From: a virus
Taxonomy: Duplodnaviria; Caudoviricetes
IMG/VR virus record: IMGVR_UViG_3300045935_000034
Location: 1 to 59,478 of that record
Length of the DNA stretch: 59,478 bases
Reading direction: 5' to 3' (one strand)
The position numbers and the translations under genes were made by a program. The notes beneath the pieces were generated by a model. It saw nothing but the letters and a program-made list of their open reading frames with translations. It did not search any database and was not told the origin of the DNA. Of the stretch, positions 27,291-36,225 are shown piece by piece (position 1 is the stretch's first letter; each line of letters opens with the position of its first letter).

Positions 27291-30266
27291 GTGGCGCTTC
27301 CGTACGACTTTGACACTGTGCTCGTCACCGGCACTTACGTCCGGCCGGACGGCGTCGGCGCTACCGGCACGGTGACGTTTACCGCGAGCACCCGCCTGCG
27401 CTCGTCGGCTGCCCACACGTCGATCCTGCCCGGGGTCGTTGTCGCCACGCTCGACTCCGGCGGGTTCTTGTCGGTCCGGTTGCCGTGCACCAACGACCCC
27501 GATATCGCCCCGGCGGGCTGGTGGTGGGACGTGACCGAGCATTTCGGAACGGACGCGCCCTATATCAAGCGCTACGTCATGCTGTCGCCGATGGGTGACC
27601 CGATCGACTTGACCAACGTCGAGCCCGCGCTCCCGCCCACGGGGCCGCCCCCAGCGAATGGTTTGCTCACTGTGGTGGGCAAGATCCCGAACGCGGAGGG
27701 CGATATTCCCGTCAGTGTCAACGATCTGTCTGACGCGACGGTGACTGCGCCAGCGGTGGGGCAGTATCTCGGGTTCTCTGCCGGGGGCTGGGTCAACACG
27801 ACTTTGCCCGTCCCGCCGGTCCCGCTGATCACTGAGTTCAACGTCATGGCGTACGGCGCTGTCGGTAACGGCGTCGCCGACGACACAGCCGCGATCAACG
27901 CGACGATCACGGCGGCCGGTCCCTCGCGCGGCATCGTGTTTTTCCCTGCCGGTACATACCGCATCGCGACGTGGACGGGCACCCCGCACACGAGCGGGCA
28001 TCGCGCCATCACGCCTCTGCCCGGGATCACTCTCCGCGGAGCCTCGCGCGCGGCAAGCGTGATCAAGGTTGCGAACGGTGTCGGAGACTTCTTCACGATC
28101 GTCGGCCCGCCGACCCCGTCGACAGACCTCTCTGATCTCACAGTCGAAAATCTGACGTTCGATCAGAACATCACGAACAATATCGTCGTCTCGCCTGCGA
28201 CGATGGTCGCCGACTTGAACGACCGCGCGTGCGTGGTGGTCTACACGGGCAACCGCATCACGATCCGGTCGTGTCGTTTCACCAACATTGACGCGGTGTG
28301 GTGCACTGCGGTCAATGGTCCGAACAACACCGATGTCACTATCTCCGACAACTTGTATGACAGCTATGGGGTCTCCGGCGCGGCGCACGACTCGTCGGCT
28401 ATCTACACCCATGCCCTGCGCGCGCACATCGAAGACAACACTTTTGTGGGCACACGGTCGGGAAACGGTGCCCGGACAGCGATCGAGACGCATGGTGGCG
28501 GGCATGTCGTCACGGGAAACGACATCACGAATTTTCAGACCGGCATGAACATCACGGGGATTGCCAAGACTCAGGCCAACACGATCGGTACTCTGGTGGC
28601 GTGCAACAACATCAGAGGCGCAGACATCGGAATCCATCTGTGGTCGTGGGTGTACACGGGCGGTCCGACAGACTTCGGGCTGACTGACACCATCGTCGCG
28701 AGTAACACGATCGAGGTCGATTACGACGCCTGGTACGGCTCGGCGGGTCTGCATTCCGGTATCGCCATGGACCGCTCAAACGGCGTCGGCGTGAAGAATC
28801 TGTCCATCGTGGACAACATCATCAGGTTCTTGCCGTTCACCAACCCGAGTCAGGTCGGCGACTTCAGTGCGTCGGGCGTGCAGTACTACCGCTCCCCGGC
28901 GCTGACCGGGATCACTGACGAAAACATTGTCATCAGCCGCAACCTGATCACGGGCTCGCCGGGTGCCGGTATCTACATGCAGCCGAAGGCCGTCATCAAA
29001 GGCTTGCGTATCGAGGGCAACACGATCATTAATCCGGCGTTCGACGGCGGCGCCCTGTACAACTCGTCAAACCGCACGGGTATCAAGCTTTCCTCAACGC
29101 AAGACCGGCTCGACGACGTCCGGATAAACGGCAACACGATCATTGACGATCGGGCCACAGCAGTGCTCACAACGGGCATCGACATGCAGAACGTCGCGGT
29201 TCCCGTGACGAACGCCGAAGCGCTGGACAACGTGCTGCGCGTCGCCGACGCGACGGCGTCGATCCCCACGTTCCGGCCGTCAGGCACAGCGGGGACGGTG
29301 TTCTTCCTGCGTCAGCGCACGAACCGATATGTCGCGGTGACCGCGCCCACGGCGTACGGCTCGACGATCGTCGACTCTGCCGGTGGCGCGGTGTGGACGC
29401 AGACAGCAGTACCGAGCGGCGCGACCTGGTTGGCTGCTGCGTCCAGTTCGTCGACTCCGCCGAATGTGCAGTACTTCACAGCGTCGGGCACCTGGACGAA
29501 ACCCGCGCTCGCCAAAGCTGTGCACGTGTCGCTGATCGCAGGTGGCGCAGGTGGTGGATCCGGTCGGCGTGGCGCTGCGGGAAGTGTTCGCACGGGCGGC
29601 TCAGGCGGCGGCGGCGCGGGCATGAATGATCGTCTGTTCGACGCAGCCGACTTGCCCGCGACAGTCGTCGTGACGCTCGGCGCGGGCGGCGCGGGCGGCG
29701 CGGCTGTCACCGTCGACTCGACGAGCGGGAATCCCGGCATCGCGGGCGGGCCGACATTCTTCACAGCCTTCGCGCTCTGCGCGAACGGCGGGGCGGGCGT
29801 CGCGGGCAGCACCGCTGCCGCAGCAGGTGGCACGAGCGGCACGGCCAGCGCGCCGGGTGGCGCTGGCGGCGCCTCGTCGGCTACCGGTGGCGTGGGCACG
29901 GGAGCATCTCCCGCGTCAGGCGCGGCCGGTGGTGGTGCGGGAGGCGGAATTTCGGTGACCGACGTGGCCGGCAATGGTGGTCCTGGCTCGTATTCGTTGT
30001 CGGGCAACAGTTTCGCGATGGCTGGCGCCGCTGGCGTGGTCGACACGACCGCGCCGACGAGTGGTGTAGCCGCCACGGTGAAGGGCACTGCGTCGGCCGG
30101 TCCCGGCGGCGGGGCGGGCTCGATCACGACCGCAGCGCAGGCCGGTGCCGCCGGAGTCAGTTACGGCGCAGGCGGCGGCGGGGGCGGCGCGTCGCTCAAT
30201 GGCTTCGCGTCGGGCGCAGGCGGCGCGGGCAGCGCAGGATCTGCGCTGATCGTCACGTTCTTCTGA
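27291..30266 (+). CDS. Tail spike/receptor-binding protein (pectate-lyase-like beta-helix, Gly-rich C-terminus)
   Basis: FNVMAYGAVGNGVADDTAAI..FFPAGTY; I..N.I repeats; FTASGTWTKP followed by Gly-rich domain. Confidence 0.88.
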   Translation: MALPYDFDTVLVTGTYVRPDGVGATGTVTFTASTRLRSSAAHTSILPGVVVATLDSGGFLSVRLPCTNDPDIAPAGWWWDVTEHFGTDAPYIKRYVMLSPMGDPIDLTNVEPALPPTGPPPANGLLTVVGKIPNAEGDIPVSVNDLSDATVTAPAVGQYLGFSAGGWVNTTLPVPPVPLITEFNVMAYGAVGNGVADDTAAINATITAAGPSRGIVFFPAGTYRIATWTGTPHTSGHRAITPLPGITLRGASRAASVIKVANGVGDFFTIVGPPTPSTDLSDLTVENLTFDQNITNNIVVSPATMVADLNDRACVVVYTGNRITIRSCRFTNIDAVWCTAVNGPNNTDVTISDNLYDSYGVSGAAHDSSAIYTHALRAHIEDNTFVGTRSGNGARTAIETHGGGHVVTGNDITNFQTGMNITGIAKTQANTIGTLVACNNIRGADIGIHLWSWVYTGGPTDFGLTDTIVASNTIEVDYDAWYGSAGLHSGIAMDRSNGVGVKNLSIVDNIIRFLPFTNPSQVGDFSASGVQYYRSPALTGITDENIVISRNLITGSPGAGIYMQPKAVIKGLRIEGNTIINPAFDGGALYNSSNRTGIKLSSTQDRLDDVRINGNTIIDDRATAVLTTGIDMQNVAVPVTNAEALDNVLRVADATASIPTFRPSGTAGTVFFLRQRTNRYVAVTAPTAYGSTIVDSAGGAVWTQTAVPSGATWLAAASSSSTPPNVQYFTASGTWTKPALAKAVHVSLIAGGAGGGSGRRGAAGSVRTGGSGGGGAGMNDRLFDAADLPATVVVTLGAGGAGGAAVTVDSTSGNPGIAGGPTFFTAFALCANGGAGVAGSTAAAAGGTSGTASAPGGAGGASSATGGVGTGASPASGAAGGGAGGGISVTDVAGNGGPGSYSLSGNSFAMAGAAGVVDTTAPTSGVAATVKGTASAGPGGGAGSITTAAQAGAAGVSYGAGGGGGGASLNGFASGAGGAGSAGSALIVTFF

Positions 30267-30277
30267 GCCGAGTCGTG

Positions 30278-30323
30278 CCAGCGGGCTGTGTGCAGGTGCC
30301 AGCTCAGCGTCACTGGCCGGCAC
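30278..30323 (+). repeat. 46-bp direct repeat copy C
   Basis: CCAGCGGGCTGTGT..GGTGCCAGCTCAGCGTCACTGGCCGGCAC; near-identical to 33054-33100. Confidence 0.95.
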
Positions 30324-30325
30324 GA

Positions 30326-30618
30326 GCACTCCGCAGTGGAGTGCACATTCGGTTCTGCTGGCCCAACCTCGACACCGAGGCTTGTGCACGCGCCCCGGGG
30401 GCTCGCACGCTGTATGTGGTGACGAGTTCCCCGCGGCTTTCGGTCGCTCCCCTCCCAACACCCCTCAGGTCGGGGGCGACCGGATTCCATCAGGGGCTCG
30501 TCACAGGGCACTGGGATGCTGCCCAGTGTCGTCGTGTCAACCCAGCTCGCCCACGCGCCCAGGGGCGTACCCAGCCGGGCGCACGGCATGACGGGTCGTG
30601 AACCCCGACCATGACCCG
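30326..30618 (+). ncRNA. Candidate structured non-coding RNA
   Basis: Nested helices with G-U pairs: 30419-30430/30493-30504, 30441-30451/30472-30482, 30507-30515/30522-30530, 30592-30600/30610-30618. Confidence 0.5.
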
Positions 30619-30656
30619 AAAAGAGCCCCCGCACCGTCATGGTGCGGGGGCTCTTT
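30619..30656. terminator. Bidirectional intrinsic terminator
   Basis: AAAGAGCCCCCGCACC-GTCAT-GGTGCGGGGGCTCTTT at the convergence of late and leftward genes. Confidence 0.9.
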
Positions 30657-30667
30657 GCTGTGCGCGG

Positions 30668-31123
30668 CTACAGGCTCGCGTGCCACTCCTGCGCGCCCTC
30701 AGCAGTCATGAGATAGCCGGACGCGTCGCCGCTCGCCCCGCACGTGACACAGCCGAACTCGTCGCCCGCGAGCGCGACGCGGTGCACGTCGCTCCCGACA
30801 GCGATCACGACGACCTCAGCCCGCGTGGGCGGCACCGGGAAGTGATAGCCGCTCGTGCCCTCAGGGTCGACAATGCCGACATGCAACACGTCTCCCTGGC
30901 TGTCGACGTACAGAGCTTCCCCGCACACGGTGCACGCGCCCAGCACGCGCGTGAGCACGGCGGGGACGGGCAGCGTCGCAGTGAACACCTGGTAGTCGAC
31001 GCCTGCGTCAAGGGCGCTCTGAGCTTCGCCGAGCGTGAACCACGCGCACGCCGAGCGACGCGCGTCCTCGGCGTCAGCGCCCACCCAGAACAGCGTGACG
31101 GTGGCGGCGGGGTCGGCGTTCAT
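30668..31123 (-). CDS. Hypothetical protein (CxxC motifs)
   Basis: ATGA-coupled to the upstream gene. Confidence 0.7.
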   Translation of the reverse strand: MNADPAATVTLFWVGADAEDARRSACAWFTLGEAQSALDAGVDYQVFTATLPVPAVLTRVLGACTVCGEALYVDSQGDVLHVGIVDPEGTSGYHFPVPPTRAEVVVIAVGSDVHRVALAGDEFGCVTCGASGDASGYLMTAEGAQEWHASL

Positions 31124-31503
31124 CGGTACATCACCTGGCCGAACGCGGCGACCTGCAGAACCTGGTCGGCAATCACGAGCAGCAACTCCGAAGGCATTTC
31201 ACTGTTGAACCTCACAGCGTCCGCTCCGCGCTTCCCGATGTCGACGCAACGGCGACGCGTCACGACCAGCGTCCCGGTCTGCCTGAGTGGAGCCCAGGAG
31301 ATACGCCGGATAGCTTTCACGACCTGCTCATGTGTGACGGTGAACCTCTCGCCCTGCTGCTCGACATCGACGAAAGAGAACGTCCACGAGTCAGGCGTCT
31401 GGCTGAGTTCGGGCGTCCCGTACGTGCGGTAGCGCAGCAAGCCGGAGCCGAACAGGAAATTACTCGCCTCTGCGCTGGTCAGCGTCAGTTTCGCGCTGCT
31501 CAT
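31120..31503 (-). CDS. Hypothetical protein
   Basis: C-terminal ADQVLQVAAFGQVMY, a motif I recognise from phage hypotheticals. Confidence 0.75.
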   Translation of the reverse strand: MSSAKLTLTSAEASNFLFGSGLLRYRTYGTPELSQTPDSWTFSFVDVEQQGERFTVTHEQVVKAIRRISWAPLRQTGTLVVTRRRCVDIGKRGADAVRFNSEMPSELLLVIADQVLQVAAFGQVMYR

Positions 31504-31862
31504 AGCTGCGCCCGGAGTTCGTTGCACAGATCGTCGAGCAGCTCGCGCGTCACGCTCACCGTGACGACCGACTCGCCGTCCTGGAATTCAATGTCGACGG
31601 CGTCATCGGAGCCGGTCACGGCGAACCCCCTGGCGTTGTCCATGTGTACTGACGTGCGCATGATGCTCCCCTTCGATGCGGTCGGTGTCTGGCTATCGGC
31701 GTGCTCAGCGTCGAGCGCGATGCGGACGAGCCTTCGCAGCGCCTCAGGCTGCTTCACTTCATGAGCTGCGGCCCAGTCGTCGACTTCGGACTGAACGTCG
31801 CACGCGAACGTGACTCGTGGTCCGATGCGGGGACGTCCCGCTCCCCGTGCGAGCACGCTCAC
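31500..31862 (-). CDS. Ribbon-helix-helix (CopG-like) DNA-binding protein with C-terminal domain
   Basis: GRPRIG..VDDWAAAHEVKQPEALRRLVRIAL; GTG overlaps upstream stop; internal RBS+ATG may give a second short product. Confidence 0.65.
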   Translation of the reverse strand: MSVLARGAGRPRIGPRVTFACDVQSEVDDWAAAHEVKQPEALRRLVRIALDAEHADSQTPTASKGSIMRTSVHMDNARGFAVTGSDDAVDIEFQDGESVVTVSVTRELLDDLCNELRAQL

Positions 31863-32359
31863 GACGACTGCCCGCGCATCGTGTATTGCGGTGCCGGATA
31901 ACCGTTCGAGACTTTGCCGCAGTCCTCGCATTTGAGCATGGGGTGCAGGCCGCTGGGAATCCGCGCGCTGACGAAGTCGACCGAGCCGAGGCAGAACGGG
32001 CACGCGTAGTTCTCCTGGGACAGCATGTGCTCAAAGCCGAAAATCGGAATGACATCAGGCTCGGCCGGGCCGAGGTCGAACAGCAGGCGCAGCGCGGAGC
32101 CGAAGAATGTCGGCGAGATGTCGAGCGCGTGCGCCGGGGTGATCTGGTCGGCGAGCCCGCGCGCTTGCGCCTCGCAGTACAGGCGGGCGTGCTCGCGGCT
32201 CTGCATGTCGCGGTCATGGTCACTGAGCGTGCGCTCCTGCATGAATACCGTGGAGAGTCGGAGAATGTCGAGCAGCTCGGGCGTAGAGAGCGACTCGCGC
32301 TCAGACGACCACGGATCGTCTGCGATGTGGAAATACGTACCGTCTGACACGTCAGACAT
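31859..32359 (-). CDS. Hypothetical Zn-ribbon protein
   Basis: CPFC...CEDC; AAGGAG RBS. Confidence 0.7.
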   Translation of the reverse strand: MSDVSDGTYFHIADDPWSSERESLSTPELLDILRLSTVFMQERTLSDHDRDMQSREHARLYCEAQARGLADQITPAHALDISPTFFGSALRLLFDLGPAEPDVIPIFGFEHMLSQENYACPFCLGSVDFVSARIPSGLHPMLKCEDCGKVSNGYPAPQYTMRGQSS

Positions 32360-32438
32360 GGCGGGCTCCTTGATGCGTAAGGGAAAGGGTCGGTGTGAAG
32401 CCCGCGCGCCCCGTCGAGCAGGGCGCGCGGGCTCGTGC

Positions 32439-32678
32439 TCAGCGGGTCTCGCTCCAATTGACGACGGCGAAGCTCCCGTGCGCTGTCACTGTCGCGAGGT
32501 CTCCCAGCCACCCGCCCAGATACGCTGCGACTGCATCGACGTCGCAGAGCTGAATCATGGTCTGGTAAGCGTTGTGGCTAGCTGGTGTGCTCACGACTCG
32601 GCCGGAGTATCCGGCGTCTGTCAGTGCTCGTCGAACGAGACGTGTGCGTTCGGCTGCGGTTTTGCGAAGCGTTTCCAT
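32439..32678 (-). CDS. Hypothetical protein
   Basis: GAGGG RBS; cassette context. Confidence 0.65.
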   Translation of the reverse strand: METLRKTAAERTRLVRRALTDAGYSGRVVSTPASHNAYQTMIQLCDVDAVAAYLGGWLGDLATVTAHGSFAVVNWSETR

Positions 32679-32693
32679 GAGATGCCCTCGCGC

Positions 32694-32924
32694 TCAGCGG
32701 GTCAGGAAGTGGTCGTAAATCTCGGCCCAATCGGCGTCGCGCAGCTCTGCAGTGGTCAGCTCTGACTTGTCGCTGAGGTAGCTCGTTGCGGCGACGCGGT
32801 ACGCCTCGATGTTGTCGACGGGGAACATTTCGCCGACGAGGTGCCCGCGCTTCCCCTCAGGCTCGGTGAACAGCGCCTCGAATACGAGGCGGGTCGCTGT
32901 GCTCGTGCTGCCGAATTCGGTCAT
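32694..32924 (-). CDS. Hypothetical protein (first gene of the leftward cassette)
   Basis: GAGGGAG RBS; ends ADWAEIYDHF. Confidence 0.7.
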   Translation of the reverse strand: MTEFGSTSTATRLVFEALFTEPEGKRGHLVGEMFPVDNIEAYRVAATSYLSDKSELTTAELRDADWAEIYDHFLTR

Positions 32925-32965
32925 CGGTTTTCTCCCTCGTGGGCGGGTCGTTGAATACGCCCAGA

Positions 32966-32996
32966 AAGGTACGGCCGAAAGGGCCGGGACCGGCAA
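32966..32996 (-). promoter_or_regulatory. Sigma70-like promoter of the leftward cassette
   Basis: TTGCCG-19 nt-TACCTT with CGGCCG before the -10 (as at 2452-2481) and an AT-rich upstream tract. Confidence 0.45.
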
Positions 32997-33053
32997 ATAA
33001 ATGTGTCGAATATTATCGGGCTGGTATGGAAATCCGCGGAATAGCACCGTAAT

Positions 33054-33100
33054 CCAGCGGGCTGTGTATTCGGTGCCAGCTCAGCGTCACTGGCCGGCAC
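33054..33100 (+). repeat. 47-bp direct repeat copy D
   Basis: CCAGCGGGCTGTGTATTCGGTGCCAGCTCAGCGTCACTGGCCGGCAC. Confidence 0.95.
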
Positions 33101-33159
33101 AGACCGACCGCAGGTGCTCGCGCGCGCGAGCGGTTTCGGTGTGCGCGTGGGGTGATGCC

Positions 33160-33519
33160 CTAGTGGCGCTCAGGGGTCCATAGAGACGACGACGCGCGCA
33201 GCTCGCGCGAGGGTGCGCCGGGCTGCTCGGGAGCAGGGAGAGCGAGCACAGCGTGGATGACTTCGGCCGTCGAGCCGCGCAGGTGCCACACGGGGCGGGG
33301 CGTCTGGGCGTTGCCGTACTCGTCGGCGAGGAAGCGCGCAGCCCACGCGTCGGACTGTGCCATGACGGCGTAGGTGTCGACGACGCCACCGTGACGACGC
33401 TCGGCGTAGATGGCGAACAGCTCGGCGTCGTGGCCCGCCATGTGCACGAACCGGTAGCCCCGCGCGACGCTGAGACTGATCGCGGATAGGTGCTCGCGGT
33501 CGTCGTCGGGCGGCGTCAC
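33160..33519 (-). CDS. Hypothetical protein
   Basis: Coupled to the zf-HC3-like gene; VIHAVLALPAP..PGAP. Confidence 0.7.
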   Translation of the reverse strand: MTPPDDDREHLSAISLSVARGYRFVHMAGHDAELFAIYAERRHGGVVDTYAVMAQSDAWAARFLADEYGNAQTPRPVWHLRGSTAEVIHAVLALPAPEQPGAPSRELRASSSLWTPERH

Positions 33520-33881
33520 GCGCTTGCCTCTGCGGTAGGCGCGACGACGCCGTCAGGGATGCCACCCAGCGGCGGCGTCGCGCGGGCACTCCGGCCGACA
33601 GGCGAACGGGACGCCTGTCGCGGGATGGCCGGAGAGAGTTCGTGGTGCGGTGCGGGGCCGAGCAGTTCGCCCGTGCTCGTGCAGGGGGTGGCGAGCCAGA
33701 CCGTCTCGCACGCGAGGCAGGTAGGGGCGAGCCATGTCCCGCCGAGTTCGATCAGGTCGCAGCGCTGCGGCACGGGGTGAAGTCCGCACAGGGTCTCGAA
33801 AGGGTGCTCCACGCAGAGCGCGCCGCTGTCGACGCGGGCATGACGAGCGCCCTCGGCTTGCTGCCATCGCAGTCTGGGCAC
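33516..33881 (-). CDS. zf-HC3-like zinc-finger protein
   Basis: W...G.RHA..LCG..W..PTC..C; divergent from XRE-DUF5753. Confidence 0.7.
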   Translation of the reverse strand: MPRLRWQQAEGARHARVDSGALCVEHPFETLCGLHPVPQRCDLIELGGTWLAPTCLACETVWLATPCTSTGELLGPAPHHELSPAIPRQASRSPVGRSARATPPLGGIPDGVVAPTAEASA

Positions 33882-33921
33882 GGATTGTCCCCTTTCAGTT
33901 GGGTGACTTGCTCGTCATCCT

Positions 33922-34016
33922 CGTGCAATTTTGCACGGGAGCAACGTATGCTGGGCCATACGTGTCGATATTCACCCGATTGGCGTAGCGATCGTGCACC
34001 CGCGCTAAGGTGCACA
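33922..34016. promoter_or_regulatory. Palindromic operator candidates in the divergent intergenic region
   Basis: CGTGCAA-TT-TTGCACG (33922-33937) and GTGCACC...GGTGCAC (~33994-34016). Confidence 0.5.
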
Positions 34017-34055
34017 CTGACTGTCTGCGCCCCGCGACCACTGGAGAAACTGCCC

Positions 34056-34955
34056 GTGACCAGCCCCGCCCCGCGTCCCAGCCTGCGTCAACGCCGAGTC
34101 GCTCGACGCCTGCGCGCGTGGCGAAAAACTCGCGGCGTGACCCTCGAAGATGTCGCGAAGCAACTGCGCTGGCACTCGGCGAAGCTCTCTCGACTCGAAC
34201 GCGCCGAGCCCCGGGGCGGGCTCGCCGGACCGGCCGAAGTCATCGCACTGGCCACAATCCTCGGTATCGACGAGGCCGAGCGTGACCGCGTCGTGTCGCT
34301 CGCTATCGCGGGCGCGGACAACGTCGGCTGGTGGCGGGCCTACACGCCCGGCGTCGTTCCCGAATACTTCGCCGACTACCTGGAGACCGAGAGCGAAGCG
34401 TCGTCGGTGTCGAACGTCGACAGCACGCTCGTTCCCGGTCTGCTGCAAACCGCCGCGTACACCGACGCTTTGCAGCGTGGCTGGCAGGGCGACGCGCCGC
34501 AGGTTGACACCGTCATGGTCGAGCGCCGCGAGCTGCGCCAGCAACGACAGGCGCGACTCGACGAGGACGGCACCGGCAAGGTTCTCGCTCTGCACTCGAT
34601 CATCGACGAGGCCGCGTTGCGCCGACTCGTCGGCGGGCCCGCCGTGATGGCCGAACAGCTCGACGTCATCGCTCGTCGCGCCGCCCAGCCGAGCATCACT
34701 GTGCAGGTGCTCGCCGCGGAACTCGGCGCGTACCCCGGGCTCGGCGTGGCGTTCCGGCTGCTGCGCTTCGATGACGAGTCGAGCGCGGTCTATATCGAGA
34801 CACTGGACTCCGGCCTGTACGTGGAGGAGCCCGACAATGTCGCGGGCTACCTTGAGATTTTCGAGCGGCTGACCACTGTCGCCCTCGATCCAGAGACGTC
34901 CCTCGCGCGGATAACGGGAATCGGTGACGAGTGGCGAACGCAGATAACGGAATGA
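34056..34955 (+). CDS. XRE HTH plus DUF5753 (WhiJ/Scr1-like) regulator
   Basis: RRLRAWR..KLSRLE; YLETESEA; VPGLLQT..Y; R..RQARL; IIDEAALRRLVGG..VMAEQL. Confidence 0.93.
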   Translation: MTSPAPRPSLRQRRVARRLRAWRKTRGVTLEDVAKQLRWHSAKLSRLERAEPRGGLAGPAEVIALATILGIDEAERDRVVSLAIAGADNVGWWRAYTPGVVPEYFADYLETESEASSVSNVDSTLVPGLLQTAAYTDALQRGWQGDAPQVDTVMVERRELRQQRQARLDEDGTGKVLALHSIIDEAALRRLVGGPAVMAEQLDVIARRAAQPSITVQVLAAELGAYPGLGVAFRLLRFDDESSAVYIETLDSGLYVEEPDNVAGYLEIFERLTTVALDPETSLARITGIGDEWRTQITE

Positions 34956-34961
34956 GGAACC

Positions 34962-35156
34962 ATGAGTGACCCGGTGACATGGATGAAAAGCAGCTACAGC
35001 AACGGCAACGGGAACGAGTGCGTTGAGGTCGCACAACCACCCCAGGGCCCTGTCATGGTGCGAGACAGCAAGCTCGGCGAGTCAGGCCCCGTGCTGACGC
35101 TCGCCCCCGCTGCATGGGCGGGAGTCCTGCACATCGCTGACCCAGCACAGCACTGA
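34962..35156 (+). CDS. DUF397 (BldB/Scr2-like) protein
   Basis: WMKSSYS....ECVEVA....VRDSK...GPVL.....W. Confidence 0.95.
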   Translation: MSDPVTWMKSSYSNGNGNECVEVAQPPQGPVMVRDSKLGESGPVLTLAPAAWAGVLHIADPAQH

Positions 35157-35176
35157 CGCACTGGGCAGCTAACTGA

Positions 35177-35222
35177 CAGCGGCCCTCACGCGACGACACG
35201 CGTGGGGGCCGCTGCCTGTTTT
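35177..35222. terminator. Hairpin terminator between convergent genes
   Basis: CAGCGGCCCTCACGCG/CGCGTGGGGGCCGCTG followed by TGTTTT. Confidence 0.7.
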
Positions 35223-35272
35223 GTGGAGCGCCCGCGACGCTGACCCGGTAGCCGCGCACGGGACACCGGATG

Positions 35273-35920
35273 TTACGCCCCGCCCACGGGCGGCTGCGGC
35301 GGCTCCTGAGCGATCGCATACGCAGCCTTCACCGCCGCGTCGAGATCGGCCAGCGCTGCGGTGAGCGACGGCATCCACGGCCACGCGTCGTCGCCCTTCT
35401 GGGTGTAGTGACTGATCTGCGGGACACCGCCGCGACGTCGATGCACGACGAGCAGGCTTCGATCAGTCACCGCGAACCCGACCCGCACTTCCACCGAGCC
35501 GGGCCGGTCGACGAGCGCGACGTCCTCGCCGTACAGGTCGTTGCCGCGCTCCCAGCCCGCCACCGTGTCCACGTGCTGCCACGCCTCGAACACGATGGCG
35601 TGCGCCACCGGCGGGAACTCATACGTCGCACCGACATCGCGGGCGTACAGCGGGTCGCGCAGCATCGCTGCGATGGTGACGACTTCGCTCTCCGGCTCGC
35701 CGTAATCGCCCAGCGGCTGCTGTACCAGGCAGTAGCCGTCAGACGGCGCGGAGTTCGGCATCCGGCATACCTCGAACATCATCGGCCCCGCGCAGTCCCA
35801 GCCGGACTGCCCGCACGCCGACTCCATCGCGACGAGCAGGTTCGCGACGTCGCCGAGCTGGCCGGTCATGCCGTGATCGTCGGTCGCGCGGCCGAGCATC
35901 GGAATCGGGAACTCCGTCAC
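35273..35920 (-). CDS. Hypothetical protein
   Basis: FEAW..DRPGSVEVR pattern; coupled start. Confidence 0.7.
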   Translation of the reverse strand: MTEFPIPMLGRATDDHGMTGQLGDVANLLVAMESACGQSGWDCAGPMMFEVCRMPNSAPSDGYCLVQQPLGDYGEPESEVVTIAAMLRDPLYARDVGATYEFPPVAHAIVFEAWQHVDTVAGWERGNDLYGEDVALVDRPGSVEVRVGFAVTDRSLLVVHRRRGGVPQISHYTQKGDDAWPWMPSLTAALADLDAAVKAAYAIAQEPPQPPVGGA

Positions 35921-36225
35921 GGCGACGCCACCTCCGCGCTGACGTCGGTCTCATACTGCGCGAGCTTGTCGCGGAACTCCCACGCGCGGTAGGCGACCTC
36001 AGTCGACAACCACGTCTCCATGGCAATGCTCGTCGCTTGCTCCAGCTTCCATGCCATCAGCACGGTCAACGCGCTGCGCCCGTTGATCAGCTCGCTCAGG
36101 CGACTTTCGCTGACACTCGCCTTCTGCGCGAAACCCTTCTGGTCCACGCCGAGCGTGTCGATCCACTTGCGCAGCAACTCCGCTGGTGACAACGGCTTCG
36201 GGTTCGCGTACCGCTCCTCGGTCAT
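35917..36225 (-). CDS. higA: HigA-family antitoxin-like HTH protein
   Basis: SPAELL..Q..FA....S..RLSELING...LT...A.KLE.......WL. Confidence 0.8.
   Translation of the reverse strand: MTEERYANPKPLSPAELLRKWIDTLGVDQKGFAQKASVSESRLSELINGRSALTVLMAWKLEQATSIAMETWLSTEVAYRAWEFRDKLAQYETDVSAEVASP

Noticed and set aside
27141-28754. Long minus-strand ORFs (also 16524-17894, 8155-9039, 53751-54902 and others)
   Set aside because: Typical antisense shadows in high-GC DNA opposite well-supported genes; no recognisable motifs.
30275-30601. 108-aa ORF over the structured region
   Set aside because: No RBS, starts inside repeat C, non-protein-like composition; RNA structure explains the region better.
33642-34055. 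Long N-terminal extensions in the ORF track (XRE, also protease 6933, chaperone 12232, 56011, 57102)
   Set aside because: They overlap other genes or the origin; downstream starts have good RBSs and match domain boundaries.
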